Assembly (NCBI GenBank): GCA_020633325.1
Contig: JACKDX010000002.1
Coordinates: forward strand, 150,040-214,039
Origin: Myxococcales bacterium
GTDB lineage: Bacteria > Myxococcota_A > Polyangia > Polyangiales > GCA-016699535
Direction: 5' to 3'
Length of the DNA: 64,000 bases
The notes under the pieces were generated by a model that made no database searches, was not told the origin of the DNA, and saw only the letters and a program-made list of their open reading frames with translations. This document shows, piece after piece, positions 27,758 to 36,567 of this stretch. Both the position numbers and the translations under genes were made by a program. Position 1 is the first letter of the stretch. Every line of letters starts with the position of its first letter.

Positions 27758-28177
27758 TCAGCGTTCGCGGATGCCCACATCGTCGGCAAAGCTCCCAATC
27801 GCACGCTCGGAAATAATATGTTTGGCGGTGGCCGCATTGGTGGCCAGAGGGATGTTGTGCACGTTGCAGATTCGCATAAGGCTTTGAATATCTGGCTCAT
27901 GTGAATGCTTGCCCAGCGGATCGACAAAAAAGAAAACGGCCCGGATCTGGCCTTCTGCGACAAGCGCCGCGATTTGTGCATCACCCCCTTGAGGTCCCGA
28001 GAGCACTTGGCGCAGGGACAAACCACAGTTCTCCTTAAGCACTTGCCCTGTGGTATTAGTGGCCACCAAGTCATACGAGCGAAGAATCTCGAAATGTTGC
28101 AAGGCAAACGCCACCATGTCGGCTTTTTTGTTGTCGTGGGCAATGAGGGCAAGGGTCTTGCGATTCTCGGCGGGCAT
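27758..28177 (-). CDS. mgsA: Methylglyoxal synthase
   Basis: ALIAHDNKK, ATNTTG, SGPQGGDAQI, FF.DPL..HSHEPDI, CNVHNIPLATN. Confidence 0.96.
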   Translation of the reverse strand: MPAENRKTLALIAHDNKKADMVAFALQHFEILRSYDLVATNTTGQVLKENCGLSLRQVLSGPQGGDAQIAALVAEGQIRAVFFFVDPLGKHSHEPDIQSLMRICNVHNIPLATNAATAKHIISERAIGSFADDVGIRER

Positions 28178-28487
28178 TAGGTGTCTTCTAATCGACGGCC
28201 TGAGAAGTGGCAAGGTACTCACGGCGCGCGGGTTGAAGCGCCGCCGGCGTGTGCTAGCTCAAAAACCATGCCTCTCCGATGCCAGTACATTTCTTGGTTG
28301 CTCGTTGCCTTATCTACGGCAGGCTACACGGTCAACACCAATTCCTAGCGCCTTGCGCCGACGGGTATACAAACTACAACTCTGGGTTCCTGTGCGCATT
28401 TTCTCAAGAGGATACCCTCTTCGCGGCAGCCAGGTTGAAATTACATTGATCGGCTGGACAGGGGTCGATTCGGTGCTAGTGCTTCAT

Positions 28488-29741
28488 ATGAACTACACCA
28501 TATCAGTACCCATTGTCTCGGGGCTTGCCCTTGCGTGTGCCGCAGCCTCCGGATGTGCCAGCCGAGTGGAAATGCAAGGCGACACAGACCAGTCTGGCCA
28601 GGCGCCGCCAATCACAACGACGTGTGGCAACTTGGGGGACAGCAAAGGGTACAATCAGGACCAACTCTTTTGCTATCGGGCCCTCGATCCATTGCCCACT
28701 GGCTGCGACAAGTCGTGGACCGATGGGGACGAAGACGTCACCTCGGATGACAATCAATGGGTCTGCGATACCTTTCTTGAGCATGCTGCGCCTAGTCCCG
28801 AGTGGAAGATTCTCAATCAAGCGGACAATGGAGATCTTGCACCGACGGTGCTTGGGGATGACATCGAGTGTGATCTTTGTATGGGTTATGCGCCGGGGGG
28901 CCAGCATCCCTCTGCGCGAGAAACCGTGCTTCCAGAGTATATGCTGGACGGCTACTGGCGCTTGACTACGCTGTTTGGCGACGGAATACCGATGTTTAGG
29001 CTGAAGACCCATCAAGGAAAGGTTGAGATTTTCCAATGTGTGGTTTGGGGGGGCAACTATCAAGGCAGTGTTGAAGTGGGAAACCTGTGGCCGACTAAGA
29101 TTCAATGTAACGATCTGCCTGCCGTGACCGGCGCCGTCGCTCAGCGCGCCGGGATACCCGAGGTAAACATCACTGTCGAAGACAAGGATGATATCTCTCG
29201 TCCGACGGCTGAGCTGTGGAATGGCGTCGCATACGACCCCGATACAGGTGCGCTGAACTTTCGCCAAGACGCAACCGTTCTCAAGGTGAAATTTGCAGAT
29301 CATATATCCGATTCAGTCATCAACCACCCTGTAGAACCATCAGGCGATTGGGATGTAATTGCCGTAGTGGCCAATGAAATTATTGCCCGCCGCAGTTATC
29401 ATCTGGCGCTCGAAGGCGATAGCGCGCGGGGCGACCTCGTAGCCTGTGAAGACAAGGAATGTTCCCCAACTATCACGGTCATTCAAAGTGAAGACCCGTC
29501 AGGCGGCTATCACATGGACGTCGATCTTGGAGAGTTTCCGCTCTCGTGGATATTTATAAACGAGAGTGGCACGACTTTAATTTCGGGGGAAACGCGAACT
29601 ATCAACGGCAGCACGATGATCACGCCCGGGGGCATGCTGGCCTTTTGCGAGGATTTCAGCGTGGGGAATGGTCTTTTATGGGTAAGGGCCTGTCTCACTC
29701 CGAGCGCAAAAGTGAAGCCGGCCGCTTTGGACGCGATTTAG
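28488..29741 (+). CDS. Hypothetical lipoprotein
   Basis: MNYTISVPIVSGLALACAAASGC signal/lipobox; Cys- and beta-rich body; the ORF extension to 28050 overlaps mgsA. Confidence 0.75.
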   Translation: MNYTISVPIVSGLALACAAASGCASRVEMQGDTDQSGQAPPITTTCGNLGDSKGYNQDQLFCYRALDPLPTGCDKSWTDGDEDVTSDDNQWVCDTFLEHAAPSPEWKILNQADNGDLAPTVLGDDIECDLCMGYAPGGQHPSARETVLPEYMLDGYWRLTTLFGDGIPMFRLKTHQGKVEIFQCVVWGGNYQGSVEVGNLWPTKIQCNDLPAVTGAVAQRAGIPEVNITVEDKDDISRPTAELWNGVAYDPDTGALNFRQDATVLKVKFADHISDSVINHPVEPSGDWDVIAVVANEIIARRSYHLALEGDSARGDLVACEDKECSPTITVIQSEDPSGGYHMDVDLGEFPLSWIFINESGTTLISGETRTINGSTMITPGGMLAFCEDFSVGNGLLWVRACLTPSAKVKPAALDAI

Positions 29742-29748
29742 GAGTGCC

Positions 29749-29777
29749 TTGACGTTTGCGCGTTTCGCTGCTAAAGT
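29749..29777 (+). promoter_or_regulatory. sigma70-type promoter of the his operon
   Basis: TTGACG-N17-TAAAGT; the predicted start falls at or near the leader ATG 29785. Confidence 0.75.
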
Positions 29778-29784
29778 GTCGTCC

Positions 29785-29856
29785 ATGATTTTTCGCGCTT
29801 TCATCGGCATGGTTCGCCATCATTCCGGCCATCCAGTAGGCCGGGTCTGGGCGTGA
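29785..29856 (+). CDS. hisL: His operon leader peptide (MIFRAFIGMVRHHSGHPVGRVWA)
   Basis: 23-codon ORF with CAT CAT TCC GGC CAT, between the promoter and a terminator upstream of hisG. Confidence 0.75.
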   Translation: MIFRAFIGMVRHHSGHPVGRVWA

Positions 29857-29879
29857 TGTTAGTGAAATGCCCGTAAGTG

Positions 29880-29905
29880 ACGCCGGCCCCAGGGTCGGCG
29901 TTTTT
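29880..29905 (+). terminator. Attenuator terminator (3:4 hairpin)
   Basis: ACGCCGGCC-CCAG-GGTCGGCGT followed by TTTT. Confidence 0.85.
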
Positions 29906-29954
29906 CGTTAAGCGCGCACGCGTCGGCCTTAGGGATGGCTCAGAAACAAGAGAG

Positions 29955-30839
29955 ATGACCATGAATGTCCCAAATAAGACCGAATCAGGTTTAAGGCTCG
30001 CCCTTCCCAAGGGCCGAATGGCGGACGGCGTGTTTGCGCTATTAGGCGATGCCGGCATTCGCGTGCGAACGGGAGAACGCGGCTATCGGCCGACTGTGTC
30101 TGTGCCGGGCTTTGAAGTGAAAATACTTAAACCGCAAAACATCATTGAGATGCTTCATGCAGGCTCGCGGGATATTGGGTTCGCAGGGGCGGACTGGGTG
30201 GCCGAGCTCGATGCTGAGCTGGTGGAGCTGCTAGATACGGGCATGGACCCTGTGGCGCTGGTTGCGGCCGCGCCCCGGGCACTGCTTGAGGGTGGCAAAC
30301 TGCCCGAGCGGCCCCTTGTGGTGGCTTCGGAATATCCCCGGCTGACCGAGCGCTGGATGAAGAAGCAAACGAGTCCCATGAAGTTCGTGCGTTCGTACGG
30401 TGCAACGGAGGTGTTTCCCCCTGAAGACGCGGACTGCATCATTGATATCACCCAGACAGGCTCGACACTGCGTGCCAACGGGCTTGGCATTGTGGATGAG
30501 CTGTTATCATCTTCAACCCGGCTTTACGCCAATGGGGCTGCCCTCCGCGATTCAAACAAACGCAAACTGATTGATGATTTCGTCTTGCTGTTGCGTTCGG
30601 TGCTGGAGGCCCGGGACCGCGTTATGCTAGAGGTAAATGTTCCGTTGGGACAGTTCGAGCAGCTGATTGCCGTGCTTCCATGCATGCGCAAGCCCACGGT
30701 GGCACGGCTTCATGGTGAAGAAGGATACGCCGTCAAAGCGGCCGTACCCAAGAATGCTCTTCCCGCTCTGATTCCCGCGCTCAAGCAGTGCGGCGGCACT
30801 GACGTGGTGGTGACTAGGCTTAGCCAAATAGTCCCCTAG
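29955..30839 (+). CDS. hisG: ATP phosphoribosyltransferase, long form
   Basis: [47 protein letters not shown]-terminal regulatory domain PTVARL. Confidence 0.98.
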   Translation: MTMNVPNKTESGLRLALPKGRMADGVFALLGDAGIRVRTGERGYRPTVSVPGFEVKILKPQNIIEMLHAGSRDIGFAGADWVAELDAELVELLDTGMDPVALVAAAPRALLEGGKLPERPLVVASEYPRLTERWMKKQTSPMKFVRSYGATEVFPPEDADCIIDITQTGSTLRANGLGIVDELLSSSTRLYANGAALRDSNKRKLIDDFVLLLRSVLEARDRVMLEVNVPLGQFEQLIAVLPCMRKPTVARLHGEEGYAVKAAVPKNALPALIPALKQCGGTDVVVTRLSQIVP

Positions 30840-30847
30840 GGGTTTCT

Positions 30848-32581
30848 ATGACCAACAAACTTCCTCTTCTTCCTTTGCCGTCCGTTGCGAACTTGGACAT
30901 TTACCGTCCGGGGTTCCCCAAGGATCCCGATCTCCTCCGACTTGACGCGAACGAGGGCATGGCTCCGCCTCATACGCTGCTTGAACGTCTGCTGAACGCA
31001 AGCACGGAGGTATTGCGCCGTTATCCAAGCGCGGCAGATCTAGAGCAGGCGTTGTCTAAACGCTTTGGGTTGGAGGCGGAGCAGGTATTGGTCACCGCAG
31101 GGGGAGACGATGCGCTCTATCGTGCCTTTCGCGCGATGCTCGATCCCAGCCGGGAAGTGATTCTCACGTTGCCAAGCTACGAAATGCTTGACAGGTACGC
31201 CATGTTAACGGGAGCCACAACGCATGTGATGGGTTGGCTCAAAGGAGAGTATCCCGTTAACGATGCCCTTTCGCACATCAACGAGCGCACCAGACTGATC
31301 GTCGTGGTAAGTCCCAATAATCCTACCGGCGGTGTTATCACCATCAAGGGCCTTGAGAGGCTCGCGCTTGCTGCGCCGCATGCGTTGATCCTCGTAGATT
31401 TGGCATATACGGAGTTTGCGGACATTGATCTCAGCGCCGCATGTTTACGGTTTCCCAATGTGCTTTCAGTGCGAACTTTTTCCAAAGCTTGGGGATTGGC
31501 GGGGCTGCGTGTCGGCTATGCCGTGGGCGCCCCTAGCGTGATCAATTGGCTGCGTGCCGTGGGCGGACCGTACGCTGTTTCGCGTTTATCGTTGCAGCTG
31601 ATGATGTGGCGATTGGAACAGCCTGAGGATGAGGTGTACGCATATATCAATCGCGTACGGCAGGAACGTGAGGCACTGTTTACGTTATTGGCTGAGCTTG
31701 GGACCGAGCCTGTGCCTTCTCAAGCCAATTTCGTGTTGACGCGTGTAAAGGATGCTCAGGGGCTACACCAGGCGCTCCTTGAGCAGGGCATCAGCGTGCG
31801 TTACTTCAAGACGCGGCCCGCGCTTAAGGACTACATTCGAATCACTTGTCCCGGTGTGCCCGAAGATTTTGAGCGTGTCCTACATGCGCTTAGACATGCG
31901 CTCGGGCACAAGAGCGCGGGCAACAAGGCCCTTCCCAAGAAAAGAAGTTCGACTTCCCTGCCCAGTCGAGAAGGGAACATCGTAAGTTGTAACAAAACGG
32001 CGCGCGGATCAGAGCTGACCCGCGTCACAAAGGAAACGCAGATTACGGTCAAGCTTATGCTCGACGGTGAGGGGAAACACGAGGTGCAGACGGGCATCGG
32101 GTTTCTCGATCACATGTTGAGCGCACTTTCCAAACACAGCCGGATGGATCTTCAGCTACGCTGCCAGGGCGACCTGGAGATAGACGATCATCACACATCG
32201 GAAGATTGCGCGCTAGCGTTGGGTGCGGCGCTCAACGAGGCGTTGGCCGATCGCAAGGGCATCGCGCGGTTTGGCTATGCGTATGCGCCGCTTGATGAAG
32301 CATTGGCTCGGGCGGTGATTGATTTTTCGGGGCGGCCCTACGCCACGGTCAGTCTTGGTTTGACACGGGAAAGCATTGGCGGCTGGGCCACGGAAAACAT
32401 GACGCATTTTCTTTCGTCGCTGGCGCATGCAGCGCGCGCTACCCTCCAAGTGGAAGTGCTGCGGGGGCTTAACGATCACCATCGCATCGAGGCGGCGTTT
32501 AAAGCCACCGCGTTGGCTCTTCGCCAGGCGATTGCCATCGATGGCAGTAACCAGATCCCAAGCACCAAAGGCATACTGTGA
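30848..32581 (+). CDS. hisC-hisB: Fused histidinol-phosphate aminotransferase / imidazoleglycerol-phosphate dehydratase
   Basis: [35 protein letters not shown], then [36 protein letters not shown] in one frame. Confidence 0.96.
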   Translation: MTNKLPLLPLPSVANLDIYRPGFPKDPDLLRLDANEGMAPPHTLLERLLNASTEVLRRYPSAADLEQALSKRFGLEAEQVLVTAGGDDALYRAFRAMLDPSREVILTLPSYEMLDRYAMLTGATTHVMGWLKGEYPVNDALSHINERTRLIVVVSPNNPTGGVITIKGLERLALAAPHALILVDLAYTEFADIDLSAACLRFPNVLSVRTFSKAWGLAGLRVGYAVGAPSVINWLRAVGGPYAVSRLSLQLMMWRLEQPEDEVYAYINRVRQEREALFTLLAELGTEPVPSQANFVLTRVKDAQGLHQALLEQGISVRYFKTRPALKDYIRITCPGVPEDFERVLHALRHALGHKSAGNKALPKKRSSTSLPSREGNIVSCNKTARGSELTRVTKETQITVKLMLDGEGKHEVQTGIGFLDHMLSALSKHSRMDLQLRCQGDLEIDDHHTSEDCALALGAALNEALADRKGIARFGYAYAPLDEALARAVIDFSGRPYATVSLGLTRESIGGWATENMTHFLSSLAHAARATLQVEVLRGLNDHHRIEAAFKATALALRQAIAIDGSNQIPSTKGIL

Positions 32582-33186
32582 GTGTTTATGTGGTGGATAC
32601 CGAGTGCGCCAATATCGCCTCGATGCTGAGTGCGCTCCATCGACTGGGTGCCGAGGCCTCGCTCGGTGTGGACGGAGCCCGTATCGCCCGTGCCTCTCAA
32701 GTCGTTGTGCCGGGCGTGGGCACGTTTGCCGCGGCCATGAACAGGTTGCGCGAGTTGGGTTTGGTCGAACCGCTTAAGTCCCGCCTTGCGGAAGGGAGAT
32801 CGACATTGTGCGTATGCGTAGGATTTCAGCTTTTGTTTGAGACAAGCGAAGAAAGTCCTAACACCTTTGGGTTGGGTTGGTTGCAAGGTCAAGTCAGGCG
32901 GTTTCCTGAGACCGTCCGCGTGCCGCAGTTTGGGTGGAACATCATCGAGCCGAGCGACGGCGCAATGCTTTTCGAAAAAGGATACATGTATTTTGCGAAC
33001 TCCTATTATGCGGCGGAGGTGCCGAACTCTATGCCCCATGTGCAGGCCCATCATGGCGTGCGATTTGTGGCGGGGATCGAAAAAGGTGCGGTGTTGGGTT
33101 GCCAGTTTCATCCGGAACTCTCAAGCAAGAACGGTCTGAGCCTGCTCAAGCGTTGGCTTGGGCGCAGCATGGGGGCGCCATGTTGA
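32578..33186 (+). CDS. hisH: Imidazole glycerol phosphate synthase glutaminase subunit
   Basis: VPGVGTF, CVGFQLL, VPQFGWN, YFANSY, CQFHPE. Confidence 0.95.
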   Translation: MSVYVVDTECANIASMLSALHRLGAEASLGVDGARIARASQVVVPGVGTFAAAMNRLRELGLVEPLKSRLAEGRSTLCVCVGFQLLFETSEESPNTFGLGWLQGQVRRFPETVRVPQFGWNIIEPSDGAMLFEKGYMYFANSYYAAEVPNSMPHVQAHHGVRFVAGIEKGAVLGCQFHPELSSKNGLSLLKRWLGRSMGAPC

Positions 33187-33941
33187 CGGTTCGAGTGATT
33201 CCTTGCCTCGATGTCCGAAACGGACGGGTGGTGAAGGGTGTAAAGTTCGGGCAGTTGCGTGATGCGGGTTCTCCGGCGGAGTTAGCAGCGCTATACGAAG
33301 AGCAAGGCGCCGATGAGTTGGTGATGCTGGATATCTCAGCGACGCCTGAGGGCCGAGAGACTCAAACGGACACCATACAAGCGATTCGCTCAGGGATCGC
33401 GCTGCCATTAACCGTAGGCGGCGGGGTGCGGACGCAAGCGGATGCAGGCAGGTTGCTTGGGGCCGGAGCCGATAAGGTGGCCATCAACACTGCTGCGGTG
33501 ACGAATCCTTCTTTGCTGGAAGCGATTGCCCAAAAGTTTGGCACGCAGTGCACGGTGATTGCAATCGATGCCGCCCTCTGCGAGGGCAATGAAGCAGATT
33601 GGGAAGTGGTGGTGCGGTCAGGCAAAGAGCGAACGGGGCTTGATGCGGTGGCATGGGCCGAGCGCGCTGAGGCAATGGGTGTGGGCGAGATATTGCTGAC
33701 CAGTTGGGATCGGGATGGCACGCGATCAGGGTATGACCAGGACCTCATCCGCGCGATCTCCATGGCTGTGCATATTCCGGTGATAGCCTCTGGGGGCGCC
33801 GCTCACGCCGAGCACATGGTAGAGGCGCTTCAGGCGGGGGCGGACGCAGTGCTCGCCGCATCGGTTTTTCATGATGGCGAGTACACTGTCGGCGAAATCA
33901 AGCAGGCGCTCAGCAACGCAGGTTTACAGGTGCGTCGATGA
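33180..33941 (+). CDS. hisF: Imidazole glycerol phosphate synthase cyclase subunit
   Basis: RVIPCLDV, GADELVMLDISA, LTVGGGVR, EILLTSWDRDGT, PVIASGG, LAASVFH. Confidence 0.97.
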   Translation: MLTVRVIPCLDVRNGRVVKGVKFGQLRDAGSPAELAALYEEQGADELVMLDISATPEGRETQTDTIQAIRSGIALPLTVGGGVRTQADAGRLLGAGADKVAINTAAVTNPSLLEAIAQKFGTQCTVIAIDAALCEGNEADWEVVVRSGKERTGLDAVAWAERAEAMGVGEILLTSWDRDGTRSGYDQDLIRAISMAVHIPVIASGGAAHAEHMVEALQAGADAVLAASVFHDGEYTVGEIKQALSNAGLQVRR

Positions 33942-35212
33942 TCATTCCTTCGATTGATTTGATGGGCGGACATGCGGTCCAGCTGGTTGGCGGGAAAAAA
34001 CTGCAAATCGATGCCGGTGATCCGTTGCCGATTGCCGAGCGGTTTAAGCTGGCGGGGGAGATAGCTGTCGTGGATCTCGATGCGGCCTTAGGCAAGGGCT
34101 CCAACCGGGAGGTGATCACGCACTTGTTGAACATTGCGCGCTGCCGGGTGGGCGGCGGCATTCGCGACATCGAGGCCGCGATACGCTGGCTTGATTTGGG
34201 CGCCCACAAGATCGTATTGGGAACGTCTGCTGTGCCCGAAGTCCTTAGCAAGTTGCCTCGAGAGAGGTTAGTGGCCGCGCTTGACGCCGTCGATGGCGAA
34301 GTCGTGGTGGAGGGCTGGCAAACCAAAACGGGTAGGGGCATCGAGGAGCGAATGCAGGAGCTTCGCCCGTGGGTGGGTGAGTTTTTGGTGACCATGGTCG
34401 AACGCGAGGGCCGACAAAAGGGCGCAGACATGCCGAGGGCCCATGCAATAATTCAGGCGGCCGGAGAGGATTGTCACGTCACCATCGCCGGAGGTGTAAC
34501 CACCGCGCAAGAAGTCGCGGAGCTGGATCGGTTGGGCGCTGATGCCCAAGTGGGAATGGCCCTCTATACGAATCGATTGCCGTTGGCTGATGCGATTGTT
34601 GCGCCGCTCAGTAGCGATCGGCCAGACGGGCTTTGGCCTACGATCGTCGCCTCGGAGCATGGCGAGGCGCTCGGCTTGGCGTATTCAAATCTTGCAAGCG
34701 TGAGTGCTGCCATAGACACGCAAACGGGCGTGTACCACTCACGCACCCGCGGACTTTGGCAAAAGGGCAAGACTTCGGGTGCTACGCAGGAGTTACTCAA
34801 GATCAGCGTAGACTGCGACAGGGACGCCTTGAGATTTACGGTGAGACAACGCGGGGAAGGCTTCTGTCACCGGGGAACCCACAGTTGTTTCGGCGATGCG
34901 ACGGGCCTGGCATTGTTAGAAAAGCGTCTGAGGACTCGCGTGTCTGACCCTCCGGCAGAATCCTACACAAAACGTCTGCTCGAAGATAATGCGCTTCTTT
35001 CCGCGAAACTGTTGGAGGAGGCGCAAGAGCTTGTGGAGGCCTCAAGCAGGGGCGAAATTATACATGAAGCCGCCGATCTTGTCTATTTCATGCTCGCAAA
35101 AATGGCCAAACACGCTGTGACATTGGCGGACGTGGAGACCGAGCTCGACCGCCGTCGCTTGCGTGTCACCCGGCGGCCGGGACATGCCAAGCCCTGGAGA
35201 AAATCACTGTGA
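33938..35212 (+). CDS. hisA-hisIE: Trifunctional fusion HisA (isomerase) - HisI (cyclohydrolase) - HisE (pyrophosphatase)
   Basis: IIPSIDL..VVDLDAA..VGGGIR (HisA); LWQKGKTSG..DCDRDAL..FCHRGTHSCF (HisI); SYTKRL..EEAQE..HEAADLVY (HisE). Confidence 0.95.
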   Translation: MIIPSIDLMGGHAVQLVGGKKLQIDAGDPLPIAERFKLAGEIAVVDLDAALGKGSNREVITHLLNIARCRVGGGIRDIEAAIRWLDLGAHKIVLGTSAVPEVLSKLPRERLVAALDAVDGEVVVEGWQTKTGRGIEERMQELRPWVGEFLVTMVEREGRQKGADMPRAHAIIQAAGEDCHVTIAGGVTTAQEVAELDRLGADAQVGMALYTNRLPLADAIVAPLSSDRPDGLWPTIVASEHGEALGLAYSNLASVSAAIDTQTGVYHSRTRGLWQKGKTSGATQELLKISVDCDRDALRFTVRQRGEGFCHRGTHSCFGDATGLALLEKRLRTRVSDPPAESYTKRLLEDNALLSAKLLEEAQELVEASSRGEIIHEAADLVYFMLAKMAKHAVTLADVETELDRRRLRVTRRPGHAKPWRKSL

Positions 35213-36471
35213 CGGAGATGTTGCGGAAGGTCGGCGCACAAGACATCGCGAGACTGAGTCGCGACCCTGTGGATCCGCAGACGTTCGCAGAGGCCTCCTT
35301 CGTCGTAGAGGATGTTCGCAAGCGTGGCGAAGTCGCATTACGCGAGCACTGCGAAAGATTCGGCGATCTGAAGCCGGATGAACGCTATAGCTATGGGCCC
35401 GCGGATCTGGCGTTGGCGCTCGAATCGATCACCGATGTTGAACGAGGACTCCTGCAACGGACCGCGGCGCGGATTCAAGTCTTCGCAGAACTCCAGCGAA
35501 GCGCGATTCAGGAAGTGCAGATGCGCGTTCCAGGCGGCACGGCAGGGCAGAGCATTGCGCCTGTTGAGCGGGCAGGGTGTTATGCGCCGTCTGGCCGTTT
35601 TCCGTTACCGTCGTCTGTCCTGATGACAGCGATCACCGCTAGGGCGGCGGGGGTCAAAGAAGTATGGGTGACTTCGCCCAAGGCCAATACATTCACTTTG
35701 GCTGCCGCGTCGGTCGCCGGCGCTGACGGTTTGTTCGCACTCGGGGGCGCGCAAGCCATTGCGGCATTGGCATATGGTGCCGGGCAGGTTCCAGCGTGTG
35801 ACGTCATTGTGGGGCCGGGCAACCGATGGGTGACTGCGGCGAAAAAAGCCGTCCAAGGCCACGTGGCAATCGATATGCTTGCAGGGCCTTCTGAGCTCGT
35901 GGTGGTGGCGGATCATGCGAGTAACCCGAGTTGCGTGGCTGCGGATCTGTTGGCGCAAGCGGAGCATGACGTCGATGCGCGCGTGGTGTTAGTCAGCTTG
36001 GATGAGAGCCTAGTGGATCAGGTTGTTGTGCACATCACAAGGCAACTCGAAGACCTGCCTACTGCGGACGTCGCGCGAGCCTCTCTGCGACACAGCATTG
36101 CAGTGGTCGTCGATGGTGTCGAACAGGCCGTCGAGGTGTGTGATGGGTTGGCACCAGAGCATTTGCAGCTATCGGTGGAGGATCCTGAACCCTTTCGCCA
36201 AAGGCTAGCGCACTTTGGCGCCTTGTTTAGCGGAGCCGCTGGCGCCGAGGTGTTCGGAGACTACGGCGCAGGACCTAACCATGTCCTGCCTACAGGAGGC
36301 ACCGCGCGCTTCACCGGTGGTCTATCGGTGCTTAACTTCTTGAGGGTCCGGACCTGGTTGCATCTCGACGACATGCATGGCGCTGCCACATTGGCACGGG
36401 ACGCGGCGGAGCTTGCGAGACTCGAAGGCCTGGAGGCCCACGCGCGCGCTGCGATGTTGCGCTATCACTGA
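35209..36471 (+). CDS. hisD: Histidinol dehydrogenase
   Basis: GCYAPSG, GGAQAIAALAYG, IVGPGN.WV, IDMLAGPSE, DLLAQAEHD, APEHL, GPNHVLPT, GLEAHA. Confidence 0.98.
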   Translation: MTEMLRKVGAQDIARLSRDPVDPQTFAEASFVVEDVRKRGEVALREHCERFGDLKPDERYSYGPADLALALESITDVERGLLQRTAARIQVFAELQRSAIQEVQMRVPGGTAGQSIAPVERAGCYAPSGRFPLPSSVLMTAITARAAGVKEVWVTSPKANTFTLAAASVAGADGLFALGGAQAIAALAYGAGQVPACDVIVGPGNRWVTAAKKAVQGHVAIDMLAGPSELVVVADHASNPSCVAADLLAQAEHDVDARVVLVSLDESLVDQVVVHITRQLEDLPTADVARASLRHSIAVVVDGVEQAVEVCDGLAPEHLQLSVEDPEPFRQRLAHFGALFSGAAGAEVFGDYGAGPNHVLPTGGTARFTGGLSVLNFLRVRTWLHLDDMHGAATLARDAAELARLEGLEAHARAAMLRYH

Positions 36472-36517
36472 TGCATGATGTGCGCTTCGAGGGCAATATA
36501 CATAGGGAAAGATGCTG

Positions 36518-36546
36518 ATTGATTTCTTCAATGAACACGCTATAAC
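36518..36546 (+). promoter_or_regulatory. Putative promoter and palindromic operator of the RND operon
   Basis: TTGATT-N16-TATAAC; ATTGA-N5-TCAAT overlaps the -35. Confidence 0.4.
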
Positions 36547-36567
36547 CTCGCGTTCTTCGGGGGTGTC

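Noticed and set aside
27598-28152. 613-aa ORF extending the serpin N-terminally
   Set aside because: The extension overlaps mgsA and the sigma54 promoter; RBS and lipobox support ATG 27597
28424-28439. sigma54-like CGGCAGC-CAGG-TTGAA before the 28488 lipoprotein
   Set aside because: The invariant -12 GC is GA
28050-28487. N-terminal extension of the 563-aa ORF
   Set aside because: Overlaps mgsA on the opposite strand; the signal peptide begins at 28488
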